DNA of 52,649 bases from a bacterium (GCA_029557395.1 JAKQIK010000045.1:1-52649), one strand, 5' to 3'; counted from the first letter of the stretch, positions 19,759 through 29,528 are shown. Made by a program: numbers and translations. Notes: generated from the sequence alone by a model not told the origin.

Positions 19759-20001
19759 TCATTGGCCATTATTAAATGGTTGTTCGTTATTGGTCGGAGC
19801 TATCTCGATACGTACAGTAGGATTAATCGAATCCGTATTAATATTGCTAGCATTATTTGTATTAAAATCTTTGGATATAGCCGTCACAGTTTCGGCTTTT
19901 ACTTCTTTATGAGGCGCAACAAACTTGCTAGCTACAAAAAATGAAGCAATGCCGGCAAAGAATACTATTATTATTAGTATAGCTATGTCTTGCTGTTTCA
20001 T
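19759..20001 (-). CDS. small membrane protein in pil operon (position of PilP)
   Basis: N-terminal TM; ATGA-coupled to the PilO-like gene. Confidence 0.7.
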   Translation of the reverse strand: MKQQDIAILIIIVFFAGIASFFVASKFVAPHKEVKAETVTAISKDFNTNNASNINTDSINPTVRIEIAPTNNEQPFNNGQ

Positions 20002-20651
20002 TTGACTGTCTCCTCTGTTATTTTAAGGCTGGTGTTTGGCTGATAGTATGTTTTTGCAGCAATATCGACTTTTAAGGCGTCGCCGTTACCAGAAAACTCT
20101 ATCTTGGTTAAACTAAATGGCCTGATGGATTTATCAAATGACCCTACTAATCTCTTTAATTCTGAGAAGTTTGTTGTGACTGTAAATGAAAAAGGTATCT
20201 CTGTTACCTGAGCTTGGGCACTAGAACTTTGTGCAATAATATCATCGCTACCCGTAATACTATCTATCTGATAACCTGCCAGCATCTTCTCAATACTAGA
20301 GGCCAAGGCCGGAAAGTCATATGTATTTGGTAATGCATTTAATATCAAAGTTCCGTTTGAGCCATCTCTATCTGTAGTACCATTTTTGCTACCTCCCATG
20401 AGATTGGTTTCTTGGTTGTCAAACTTTTGATAGGCTTTGGTAAGTTCACCAATTGCAGCTTTATTCTCTTCTAGCTGATCCCGTGCTGTTTCTTTTTTGT
20501 CTATTACTTTAGCCAAGTACCTCGAATTAGACCAAAGACTCTTGCTAGAAACTAGAGAAAAAATAGTCACTACCGAGGCTATCGCAACTGTAGCAAATAT
20601 TGTTGCTTGACCCTTGTCAATCTGTACTTTTTTGGAACTTATATCTTTCAT
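19998..20651 (-). CDS. PilO-like protein
   Basis: TM, coiled coil, ALP...FPAL, IPFSFTV, DKSIRP; follows pilM and pilN. Confidence 0.78.
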   Translation of the reverse strand: MKDISSKKVQIDKGQATIFATVAIASVVTIFSLVSSKSLWSNSRYLAKVIDKKETARDQLEENKAAIGELTKAYQKFDNQETNLMGGSKNGTTDRDGSNGTLILNALPNTYDFPALASSIEKMLAGYQIDSITGSDDIIAQSSSAQAQVTEIPFSFTVTTNFSELKRLVGSFDKSIRPFSLTKIEFSGNGDALKVDIAAKTYYQPNTSLKITEETVK

Positions 20652-21355
20652 TGGTTTCCTCCAGATGACTTGTCCTGTTGTTGAGTGCCAGTAAATGGAC
20701 TTGTGTTTGATTGCTGTGAATATGTAGTAATTAAGCTTGGGACTTCTAGACTAATCGACTTCGTCCCATCGAATATCAATGGATCAAAATTTAAGTTAAT
20801 AGTATATGATGATTGACCTTTTTCCGTACCAAACTTCGTCATTACTACATCTTTGAATGCATTGATGGACTCAGTTTTTTCGTCCGATGCATTTTCGGTA
20901 TTTTGCTTGAATTTAGTAAATTTTAAGGTATAAACATAAGTATTTACAGAGCTTAGACTAGTTGCACTGCCAGAGACCTCTATGGTACTTGTAGAAAAAT
21001 CTATTGTTAGCTTGGAAATGCTGACATTAGATGGCGTAGTCTGCTCTATATATACCGGCAATCTATCAGCTGCAGGTCGTCCTGCATAAAGCTGAGGTAG
21101 GGTATTTAGCTGGTTCTGAACACTCAATATCTTGGTTAATTCCTTGTTCGACTCTAACTCAGTCCTTATGGATTTAATGTGTTTATTGAGATTTGTCAAA
21201 TGGCGTTTTTGAGTCAAACTATACGAAAATGTCATCGCCACAATCAAAACCGATACACCCGCAATAACAACCGAGGTTAGCATTACCATACGTTTAGTAC
21301 GCTGGGTCTTGATATATTGAACTTTTACATCTGGTAAGAGATTAAACTGTATCAT
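20648..21355 (-). CDS. pilN: PilN-like protein
   Basis: N-terminal FNLLP motif, TM, coiled coil, TPSNV...IEVSGSA. Confidence 0.85.
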   Translation of the reverse strand: MIQFNLLPDVKVQYIKTQRTKRMVMLTSVVIAGVSVLIVAMTFSYSLTQKRHLTNLNKHIKSIRTELESNKELTKILSVQNQLNTLPQLYAGRPAADRLPVYIEQTTPSNVSISKLTIDFSTSTIEVSGSATSLSSVNTYVYTLKFTKFKQNTENASDEKTESINAFKDVVMTKFGTEKGQSSYTINLNFDPLIFDGTKSISLEVPSLITTYSQQSNTSPFTGTQQQDKSSGGNQ

Positions 21356-21357
21356 TA

Positions 21358-22386
21358 CTACTCTACCCTCTCCGCAAGTCCGGCCGATACCGCAAAGCTA
21401 TTAGAAATAGCAATCAATTCATCTTGTCTATTTGACGGAAATGCTATGTTACGCCATGCGTTACCAATTTCTATATTTAGACCAAACTTGTTTGCTAAGT
21501 ACAGAGGGAACTCTGGCAAAACAGAAGCACCACCAGAAACAATAACTCTGTCAATATTTGTGCCTTGGTATCTACCCAGGAAGAACTTTATTGATTTATC
21601 GATATCACCCACGAGTAGATCGACTGTACCAATAATTGCGTTATACACTTGACCTTCTAGCTTATCTTTACTGATGCCAAACTTGAATACAAACTGCTGG
21701 GCTTGATTGTCATCAATGTTCAAATTCTGGGCCGCCGATCGTACAATTGCATCGGTACCAGTTGGTATAGATCTAATAAGCCGAGGTGCGCCGTTCATAG
21801 TGATAACGATATCCGTAGACCTACCACCAATATCTACAATCATGGTTGGCAATGGATTGTCAGGTGCCGTCAGCGACCTAGTCAGTGCAATACTATCTGG
21901 CTCAAAAGAAATAACATTCAAGCCAATTGACTCTAGCATTTCTAATCTTGCCTCTGTAAATTCATTTGGCACGCTACTGAGCAGTACCTCGACCTTATCA
22001 GCTTCTTTTGGTGAATCACCTAGTACAACCCAATCTAGCTTACTCTCTGATACAGGAGTAGGAATGAGTGAATCAGCTTGATACATAATGGTTTTGTTTA
22101 ATTCAGCTGGTGATAGGCGCTCAATATCAACAACAGATGTAAATACTTTGTTTGACGGCAGGCCAACAGCAACGTCTTTGGTTAATATCCCTGCCTGTTC
22201 AACTAAATCCTTAATTGCTCTAGCAATTTTCTGTTGATCTGCCTTGGAGTCAGACAAAACAACATTACTATCTAGTGGTATATGGCCGTATTTTACTAAA
22301 GCATTACCTCGCAATTGGACAACTCGGATAGCATTGGAGCTAATATCCAATCCAAAAAAGCTAGATACACCACTAAGCAAGCCCAT
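21358..22386 (-). CDS. pilM: type IV pilus assembly protein PilM (actin-like)
   Basis: FGLDIS, IVDIGGRST, VSGGAS, AVSAGLAER. Confidence 0.93.
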   Translation of the reverse strand: MGLLSGVSSFFGLDISSNAIRVVQLRGNALVKYGHIPLDSNVVLSDSKADQQKIARAIKDLVEQAGILTKDVAVGLPSNKVFTSVVDIERLSPAELNKTIMYQADSLIPTPVSESKLDWVVLGDSPKEADKVEVLLSSVPNEFTEARLEMLESIGLNVISFEPDSIALTRSLTAPDNPLPTMIVDIGGRSTDIVITMNGAPRLIRSIPTGTDAIVRSAAQNLNIDDNQAQQFVFKFGISKDKLEGQVYNAIIGTVDLLVGDIDKSIKFFLGRYQGTNIDRVIVSGGASVLPEFPLYLANKFGLNIEIGNAWRNIAFPSNRQDELIAISNSFAVSAGLAERVE

Positions 22387-22549
22387 CTAGTTTTCTCTCC
22401 TGTTATTTTTTCGTTTTTCTGTTATATTCATTTGCCACCCTTGTTAAATCTATCATCAATTCTCTAGACATCTATTCTGTAGGTCGACGATAATCATAAT
22501 TAATAAAATTATATCATAACCACAATCAAATCAACACTTAATTTTAAGA

Positions 22550-22614
22550 GATTGGGATTTAGATTTAGATTCGGGTTGGGATTGGGATTTAGATTTAGAT
22601 TTGGGTTGGGATTT
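22550..22614. repeat. tandem 30-bp repeat (2 copies plus partial) built from hexamers
   Basis: GATTGGGATTTAGATTTAGATTYGGGTTGG at 22550-22579 and 22580-22609, one mismatch. Confidence 0.85.
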
Positions 22615-22646
22615 GCTTGAATTAGTCTTGTTTAGGCTTGATGAGC

Positions 22647-24902
22647 TTAATAGATTGGTGGCAGTGATCTGATGGCATCGTATCTACCTGCACCAGCACT
22701 ACCTGTATTGGTGTTGGTTGCATTGGGGTTTCGGAGTGGACTTGGAGCTAGGTAGACTTCTGGTGTGTAGTTGATGACTTCAGCTGCACCGGTACCGGTA
22801 CCATTTGAATAGTTTGGTGTCTCAACAGACGAAGTTGAGGTATCGATTGATCCTGCAGTTCGCAGGAATCGGACTTCTTGAGCTACAAGACCACCGTTGA
22901 CGACTAGTTGCTTATCACAGGCAGTTGCTAAATTTGCGGCTGGGAATAAAGTATCGTTGGAATCTGTGCAGGTGTATATATTGCCTTTGTCATTTACGTC
23001 TGGTCCATCTGTTTGGGCGATGAATGTACCGTCAATATTAGTAACATCATTATCTATGTATATATTACCCTTGGCTATAATGTAGAGATTTGGTAGTTCG
23101 GATATATTTGTTGCACCAGTTTGATAGGATATATTGCCATTAATAAAGACATCGCCATCTACGTACACTGCTATTTGATGATCGAGAGGGATGTTAATAG
23201 CACCAATAGTAAGATCGCCTGACGACACTGTATATTGTTTTCTGCCAGGTGCACCGGTGAGAGCACTACCAAAGTTAGTTATAGCACTACTGATACTAGG
23301 GTCTTTGGTAGTATTGTAGTAGTCCGTGATACATTGGGTGTTCTTACTACCACCACCGTAGGTACTGTTACCTTCTGTAGTACCTGTGTTAGCGATTGTT
23401 AAGCTCTTGGGGCTTGTGTTGCCTGCTTGGGAATTAGAATAGAACTCATTAACTTGCAGTAGAGAGCTGACTGTTAGCTGTGATGAGCTACCGACATATT
23501 GGCCAGAACCATTTTGAGAAGTAAAGGCTTGGACACTACCAAAGCCACCAATGATAGGCGCAGGTGCTGCGGGTGAAGGTACCGTACAGGTACCACCGAC
23601 ATTGAATCCACCACCAGAGAGGACCTCCCCTCCGTAGGCTTTGAGGTAGGGTTTGAGGAAGACGGTGATATTACTCATACCAGTACAGGTAACACTTGTA
23701 CCTATATCGATAAAGTTAACCGTGGCAGATACACCGTAATTTCCAGGAGCACTCGGGGTAGTGCCAGTCCAAGTACTAAAGGCCTGGTTTCCCGTCATAT
23801 TTCCAGTAGCGTCAGAGGAAGTAGGACTTCCAGGTCCACTGAAATTTACACTATATCTTCCAATTGGTGTAGAAGGAGACGACACCAAGTCATTTATTGT
23901 TACCGTGACTTCATAGGTCGCACCCATCACGCCAGCACTCTGTGATATAGAGCAGGTACCGGCACAGGCAGGTCTGGTAACTGTTGCTATGAGGGGATTG
24001 TTACCATTAGCAAGACCACTTCCATTCACACCAATAGCATAGACGTAGAATGTCCTTGGTCCTCTACTCATAGTGCCACCAACATTTGCACTAAAATTGT
24101 GTCCAGGACCGCTGGTTGCGAAAGAACCTATACCAACAGACCCTGGTGAACCAGCCGGTGCATCAGCATAAATATGTACGTCTATATTCGTGCCTGGACT
24201 GTCTGCATCAGAAGCCGAACCATTGATTATCTGAGAAGTACATGATGGAGGAGTTGCAGTACCTGTTGGTGCATTGTCTGGGTTCACAAGAGCTACATAG
24301 ACAGGAACTGTTAGTGGCTGGGCATAGCAAGGTCCAAAATCAGAGAGACCTGAACGCGTCCCACCCGACCCGACACACCTAAACGGAGGTGCAGGAACAA
24401 ACCAATTTATTTTTTGTATCGGTACCGGTATGTTGTACCAGCCAGAGGTAGTAAAACCACCTGGTGGAAGATAGGTAAATTCGGCAAAATCAAACCTATA
24501 AGTTCCAGGGGTAGATCGAGTAGGATTAAAGTTGAGTAGCTTATCTGGTATCGAACTCACACCAGGCTGTGGTACCACATGAAAATTGGTCGCTGCGACA
24601 ACATTATTAGACCTACATACGGCCCCCGCGAAGTTTATACGTAGACCAATAGCCTGACTACTAGAATTTACAAAAAATGGCGCTGCCGAAGCATACGAGC
24701 CAGACCATCCTGTAGGGCTCACCCAAGCATTAACAGCAGGGTTTTCTGGATAAGAATCGCAATTCATAAGATAATTCCGTTCACCCGCAGGTATCCAGCC
24801 GCCAGGATCAGGATTAAGTGATATTGTTGCATGAGCTTTTTGATAATTAAAAAAGAGAATAATCACTAACCAAACTGCAAAAAACAACACAAACTTTACC
24901 AT
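22647..24902 (-). CDS. large secreted Ser/Thr/Gly/Pro-rich beta protein, candidate pilus-associated adhesin
   Basis: Signal peptide (MVKFVLFF...AHA), paired Cys, Ig-like segments, C-terminal VYVDGDVFI/IIAKGNIYI/AEVINY. Start is 24902 or 24956. Confidence 0.7.
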   Translation of the reverse strand: MVKFVLFFAVWLVIILFFNYQKAHATISLNPDPGGWIPAGERNYLMNCDSYPENPAVNAWVSPTGWSGSYASAAPFFVNSSSQAIGLRINFAGAVCRSNNVVAATNFHVVPQPGVSSIPDKLLNFNPTRSTPGTYRFDFAEFTYLPPGGFTTSGWYNIPVPIQKINWFVPAPPFRCVGSGGTRSGLSDFGPCYAQPLTVPVYVALVNPDNAPTGTATPPSCTSQIINGSASDADSPGTNIDVHIYADAPAGSPGSVGIGSFATSGPGHNFSANVGGTMSRGPRTFYVYAIGVNGSGLANGNNPLIATVTRPACAGTCSISQSAGVMGATYEVTVTINDLVSSPSTPIGRYSVNFSGPGSPTSSDATGNMTGNQAFSTWTGTTPSAPGNYGVSATVNFIDIGTSVTCTGMSNITVFLKPYLKAYGGEVLSGGGFNVGGTCTVPSPAAPAPIIGGFGSVQAFTSQNGSGQYVGSSSQLTVSSLLQVNEFYSNSQAGNTSPKSLTIANTGTTEGNSTYGGGSKNTQCITDYYNTTKDPSISSAITNFGSALTGAPGRKQYTVSSGDLTIGAINIPLDHQIAVYVDGDVFINGNISYQTGATNISELPNLYIIAKGNIYIDNDVTNIDGTFIAQTDGPDVNDKGNIYTCTDSNDTLFPAANLATACDKQLVVNGGLVAQEVRFLRTAGSIDTSTSSVETPNYSNGTGTGAAEVINYTPEVYLAPSPLRNPNATNTNTGSAGAGRYDAIRSLPPIY

Positions 24903-24927
24903 CCTTGAGCTATTCAATCGATAAAGA

Positions 24928-25449
24928 CTACTGGTCTGCACCCTCTGATCCCCCATTTGATTCCTTACGCATTTTTTCGGTTTGCTCGATAAACTCTCTG
25001 TTTTTTGTAACAAACTCAGCAAGTTTATCTGGATTACTCGTATAGAGATTACCTACACCCATATCAACATCCGATTTATATATAGGCTTGATCTTGTCCA
25101 AGTAAGCTTGAGCCCCGTCAATATCACCCTTGCCTAAAGAGTCAAATACAAGAACAGCCAAGCAGTTCTGATCTGTATCAAACCCTTCTATCTTCTTGAT
25201 AGCTTCTGCTGTATAGGCTAACTTCTCGGGATTTGTTCGCTCGATAAAACCAATAGCCTGAACTATAGTCATTTTATTATCAATAGTACAGGCAATATTA
25301 TTTTTAACTACTGCTGTAGGTTTAGACTCTTCCTTTTTCCTGAGAGTAACAAATGCCACTACTAGAGCTCCAATAATAAGTATTATTACAACCAAAGCAA
25401 CAATAATCTTTCGAGATTTTGGTGAGTTTACTTTACCTACTTGTATCAT
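24928..25449 (-). CDS. membrane-anchored helical (TPR-like) hypothetical protein
   Basis: N-terminal TM, helical C-terminal part; TGATAAAAT lies 7 nt before the ATG. Confidence 0.75.
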   Translation of the reverse strand: MIQVGKVNSPKSRKIIVALVVIILIIGALVVAFVTLRKKEESKPTAVVKNNIACTIDNKMTIVQAIGFIERTNPEKLAYTAEAIKKIEGFDTDQNCLAVLVFDSLGKGDIDGAQAYLDKIKPIYKSDVDMGVGNLYTSNPDKLAEFVTKNREFIEQTEKMRKESNGGSEGADQ

Positions 25450-25532
25450 TTATTAGATTTTATCATAACCACAATCAAATCAACATAAAATTTACAAGCC
25501 AGGCGGACTAGGGGGAAGCCCTATCCACTGAC

Positions 25533-25561
25533 TTGTCTATACTGACTACCTCTGTTAAAAT
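25533..25561 (+). promoter_or_regulatory. probable native ychF promoter
   Basis: TTGTCT-N17-TAAAAT with TG extension, 9 nt before ATG 25571. Confidence 0.6.
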
Positions 25562-25570
25562 AGTCAATAT

Positions 25571-25624
25571 ATGAGCTCACTGCAAATCGGTATTGTTGGG
25601 ACGCTACCCTACCTTTTAAATTAA
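25571..25624 (+). pseudogene. ychF: displaced original 5' end of ychF (MSSLQIGIVG|TLPYLLN*), containing attL
   Basis: ATG AGC TCA CTG CAA ATC GGT ATT GTT GG joins in frame to T CTA CCT AAT GTA GGT AAA at 43740 to give MSSLQIGIVGLPNVGKST. Confidence 0.9.
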
Positions 25625-25707
25625 CCTTTAAGATGCCCTCTACCGATAGAGGCAAACGCGGATATTCAGACAAATACACTGAAGAACTAGCGAAGAAGGT
25701 TTACTAA
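25600..25707 (+). other. detached 35-codon C-terminal segment of the integrase (in frame only after excision)
   Basis: Directly after the core, in the integrase frame (AAT CGG TAT TGT TGG), it reads DATLPFKLTFKMPSTDRGKRGYSDKYTEELAKKVY* to TAA 25705-25707 and fills the gap to the fic stop. Confidence 0.75.
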
Positions 25708-25712
25708 GCCAA

Positions 25713-26720
25713 TCAGGACGTCAGATTTGCTTTATTGATTTCAGTTTTAATCTCATCAAGTGTTAGCCGCCTGGCTTGTAGTTCTTTGATTTTTTCAACT
25801 GTCTTTAGGCTACTCTCATTAAACCATCTGTAGCCGCCGTCAGTAGTTTTAGCTACTTTTAATAGCCCCTCATTGGTCCAGAACCGTATCGTACTAGTTG
25901 GCGTATCGCTGACCCGAGCTAATTCTCCAATCTTAAGTAGACGCTCCTCTTTAACTCCCCTTGGCTTTTTATTACCAAGATATACATCAAGTGAGCTATC
26001 TACAGCTTTAATAACCAATGAGTAGAAGTCATTCAAGTCACCAGTCATATGGGCTTTTTCTAGAGCATTGATATAATCTTCCCTCTTATCATTTCCAATA
26101 ACGGTAATGGGATAATTGGCTTGCATAAGAAGTAAGTTCATAAGCAATCGTGCGGTTCGTCCATTACCATCTACAAAAGGGTGTATTCTAACTAGCTTAT
26201 AGTGAGCATCAGCAGCAACAATAACTGGATGCGTCTCACTCTTACTCTTTAGCCAAGTAAAAAATTCTTCCATTAACTCAGGTACTTTAAGTGGATCTGG
26301 TAATTCAACGTCAGAACCAGCTATCGCAACTGGTACGTTACGATACTTTCCAGCGTTTTCATCATCAATCTTTTGCAAAATGAGCTTGTGAATGTTCATT
26401 ACATCTTGCTTGGTGAGATCTTGCTGCTTAGTATTCGCAGCTAGATCTTTAACGTAATCAATTGCTTCGGCGTGGTTGGTAGCCTCTAAGTGTTCAGTTA
26501 ATGTTTTACCTTTAACCGTAACGCCCTTTTCTATTACAAGTGCAGTTTCACGACGATTGAGCGTGTTGCCCTCAATAGCATTTGAGTTATACGTCAGCTC
26601 AACCTTAAACCATTCACTCAGGTTTTTTAGATAGTCGGTAGATAATGGACGCAATTTTTGAAGTTGGTCCTTCTTATCTGTGAGCCTTTGAAGTGTTACT
26701 TGTAAGTTTGAAGTTGTCAT
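25713..26720 (-). CDS. Fic-domain protein with C-terminal MerR-type HTH
   Basis: SNAIEGN inhibitory helix, HPFVDGNGRTAR catalytic motif, LKIGELAR...TIRFWTNEGLL...GGYRWF. Confidence 0.92.
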   Translation of the reverse strand: MTTSNLQVTLQRLTDKKDQLQKLRPLSTDYLKNLSEWFKVELTYNSNAIEGNTLNRRETALVIEKGVTVKGKTLTEHLEATNHAEAIDYVKDLAANTKQQDLTKQDVMNIHKLILQKIDDENAGKYRNVPVAIAGSDVELPDPLKVPELMEEFFTWLKSKSETHPVIVAADAHYKLVRIHPFVDGNGRTARLLMNLLLMQANYPITVIGNDKREDYINALEKAHMTGDLNDFYSLVIKAVDSSLDVYLGNKKPRGVKEERLLKIGELARVSDTPTSTIRFWTNEGLLKVAKTTDGGYRWFNESSLKTVEKIKELQARRLTLDEIKTEINKANLTS

Positions 26721-26786
26721 ACTTTATACCTTTACTTTAAACTTTAACTTTTAGTATATCACAAACTTAAAGTAGATCAACCCCCT

Positions 26787-27872
26787 CGTAATGACTCAAT
26801 ACCTTTGCAACATAGCCCTGGTTGGCGTTAGCCAACCAAAATGTGGCTGTTCTACACTGTAAGAGTACAAAATCTAAACAGGAGAACAGCCACATGAGCT
26901 ATTCTAACAACCCTTTACTACCAAAAGCGAGAGCCGAAGCGGTACGCCTCGTGGTCGAGCGTAACATACCCCCAGCAGTTGCCGCTCGCAAGAGCGGTAT
27001 CCACCGCACCACGCTGTGGCGCTGGCTACGGAAGTGGCATACACTCAACCAGAATGTCCAGCTCACCAACGACAACCGTCCAGGGCGGAACAATGCTGTC
27101 ACGGGTGTGAGTAGCTTCCGCTTGAGTGCCTGTGTCTGGAATATACCAACCAGGAGTAGCCGTCCCCGCTTCTTTGGGCGAGCAGTCTCAGTAGCGGTCG
27201 TAGACCGCATTCGGTACTACCGAAACAGGTACCAGCGTTGTGCGACCATTGTCCACGCCTACTGCCAGCGGGAGGGTACCGTCGTGTCCCTCAGCACGGT
27301 ACGACGGGTGCTGTACCGACTGGGGCTAGTGGTTCGCAAGAAGTGGCAACGCAAGTGGCGACCGCCACTGCCACGACCAGATGCAACCAAACCAGGTGAC
27401 CTGGTGCAGACCGACACCGTCCATCTGTACGACCACCGCACCAAACAACGGACATATTTGTACACTCTTGTTGACGTCTACAGCAGATGGGCGTACGCCG
27501 AGCACCACACCAGGCTGGGGCAAGACATTGCGGCGGATGTTATCCGCCGCAGCCAGGCCCATGCAGGGTTTCACTTTACGACCGTCCAAGCAGACAACGG
27601 CCCAGAGTTTGGCAGACACTTCGAGGAGTTGTTACAGGCACAGGGGGCAGTAGTACGTCACAGTAGGGTCAGGCGCCCCAATGACAATGCCCACATTGAA
27701 AGGTTTAACCGGACAGTCCAGGAAGAATGCACGGGCAGTAGCTGCCCGGTCGCTACCAATTTACAAGGCAAGGTACTAGCGTACCTTGCCTACTACAACC
27801 AAGAGCGGTTACACTTGAGTTTGCAGTGCAGAACACCGCTTGAGATGTTGCAAAGGTGTTGAACTAATTACG
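26787..27872 (+). mobile_element. IS481-family insertion sequence, 1086 bp
   Basis: Imperfect terminal IRs CGTAATGACTCAATACCTTTGCAACAT / ATGTTGCAAAGGTGTTGAACTAATTACG; 6-bp target duplication CCCCCT (26781-26786, 27873-27878); visibly higher GC. Confidence 0.9.
26894..27862 (+). CDS. IS481-like DDE transposase (single ORF, rve core)
   Basis: N-terminal HTH, PGDLVQTD, QADNGPEF, PNDNAHIERFNRTVQEE, YNQERLHLSL. AGGAG SD before ATG 26894. Confidence 0.92.
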   Translation: MSYSNNPLLPKARAEAVRLVVERNIPPAVAARKSGIHRTTLWRWLRKWHTLNQNVQLTNDNRPGRNNAVTGVSSFRLSACVWNIPTRSSRPRFFGRAVSVAVVDRIRYYRNRYQRCATIVHAYCQREGTVVSLSTVRRVLYRLGLVVRKKWQRKWRPPLPRPDATKPGDLVQTDTVHLYDHRTKQRTYLYTLVDVYSRWAYAEHHTRLGQDIAADVIRRSQAHAGFHFTTVQADNGPEFGRHFEELLQAQGAVVRHSRVRRPNDNAHIERFNRTVQEECTGSSCPVATNLQGKVLAYLAYYNQERLHLSLQCRTPLEMLQRC

Positions 27873-27950
27873 CCCCCTTCTGTTTAATAGCCGCTCTAGC
27901 TCTATTGAGGGGTCATTATAAAAAGACAAAACAATAAAGGAGGACCTGCT

Positions 27951-29528
27951 ATGAAGGTAGCAATATACTTACGAGTTTCAACACTCGACCAAGCAACAAA
28001 AAACAATCAGCGAGAAGGTTATTCTATCCCTGCCCAACGTGAAGCGTGCAGAAGAAAAGCTAAAGAGCTGGGTGCTACTCGCATAAGGGAGTATGCAGAT
28101 CGTGGCGAGTCAGCTCGTTCAGCATCCAGACCGGAACTACAGCGGTTATTACACGACTTATGTGATAAGAAACAAAATATCCAATGCGTTATCGTCCACA
28201 AAATAGACCGATTAGCTCGTAATCTTCACGATGATGTAATGATAGGCTTAGCTATTAAAAAGGCTGGGGCGACGCTTATCTCCGTAACCGAGAATATAGA
28301 CGAAACACCATCCGGTAGGTTGCTGCACGGCATAATGGCAACTATTGCTGAATTCTATAGCAGAAACTTAGCAGCTGAGGCGTTGAAAGGAGCAACAGAA
28401 AAAGCCAAGCGAGGAGGTACGCCCTTCCAAGCACCAATCGGGTACATAAATGTGACGGAGCGTGTTAACAGGCGCGAGGTTCATACGGTTGCCCTAGATC
28501 AATCAAGAGCGCCACTTATACGCTGGGCTTTCGAATGCTACGCAACGGGTGACTACAGTGAGTTAGAGTTATTAGACCAATTATCTAAACGTGGCTTGCG
28601 TACCAGGCTTCGTTCTCGGTCAAAGGTAGAGCCGATAAGCCACGGTGGTCTCAATAAACTTTTACAAAACCGCTACTACCTTGGCTATGTAACGTATTGC
28701 GGAATTGAGTACAAAGGAAATCATCAACCGCTAGTAACGCCCGCTGTATTTGCCGCCAGTCAAGCTATCCGTGAAAGTCGATATCGTTTGAGCCGAAAAA
28801 ATCGCAGCCACAACCACTACCTATCCAGGCTGTTGCTGTGCAGCCGGTGTAATAGGCACTTATGTTATATGGTCAGTAAACATAAGTATGAATACTATTC
28901 GTGTTTAAACCGTAAAAATCAACAGTGCAACCAGCCATACATACCGGCTCAGAAGATAGAACAAGAAGTTATCAACCAGCTTAAACTCCTAAACCTATCT
29001 GCTTCAGATCGCCAAAAGTTATCCGAGCAAATTGAAAACGAGCTTGGCAGTGAGAGAGCCTACGCTGAAACTGATACCAAAGCTCAAACTCAGCGAGTAT
29101 TGCGGCTTCAGGCAGAGAAGGAAAATTTACTCCAAACGTACTATGACAAAGTCATCTCTGCGGACCTATTCAAGAGTGAGCAGAAACGTATTGATAAAGA
29201 AATACGCCAAGCTCAGGGAGTGACTATAGAGGCAACAAGGCGATTAAAGATTATTGATGGACGTCAGGCTCGTGCTTTAAAAATGGTCAAAGAATTAGAT
29301 TTTTCCAAGGCTTATATCAATGCAGATCCAGCCATACGACGCCATTTTTGTAAGGCTCTGTTTGATAAGTTAGCTGTTAACGATGAGGTGATAATTCAAC
29401 GAAACGCTTATAGATATCCCCGCGAACATCACGTTACAATCACAAAAGTAATGTGGCAAAACCCTATAAACATCCATCATCTTACCAACGCCATACTAGC
29501 CATATCCCTAAAAAAGCGTAGTTCTTAA
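27951..29528 (+). CDS. large serine recombinase (resolvase, recombinase, Zn ribbon, coiled coil)
   Basis: YLRVST, KIDRLARN, APIGY, CSRC...YYSC...C; AAAGGAGG SD. Confidence 0.92.
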   Translation: MKVAIYLRVSTLDQATKNNQREGYSIPAQREACRRKAKELGATRIREYADRGESARSASRPELQRLLHDLCDKKQNIQCVIVHKIDRLARNLHDDVMIGLAIKKAGATLISVTENIDETPSGRLLHGIMATIAEFYSRNLAAEALKGATEKAKRGGTPFQAPIGYINVTERVNRREVHTVALDQSRAPLIRWAFECYATGDYSELELLDQLSKRGLRTRLRSRSKVEPISHGGLNKLLQNRYYLGYVTYCGIEYKGNHQPLVTPAVFAASQAIRESRYRLSRKNRSHNHYLSRLLLCSRCNRHLCYMVSKHKYEYYSCLNRKNQQCNQPYIPAQKIEQEVINQLKLLNLSASDRQKLSEQIENELGSERAYAETDTKAQTQRVLRLQAEKENLLQTYYDKVISADLFKSEQKRIDKEIRQAQGVTIEATRRLKIIDGRQARALKMVKELDFSKAYINADPAIRRHFCKALFDKLAVNDEVIIQRNAYRYPREHHVTITKVMWQNPINIHHLTNAILAISLKKRSS

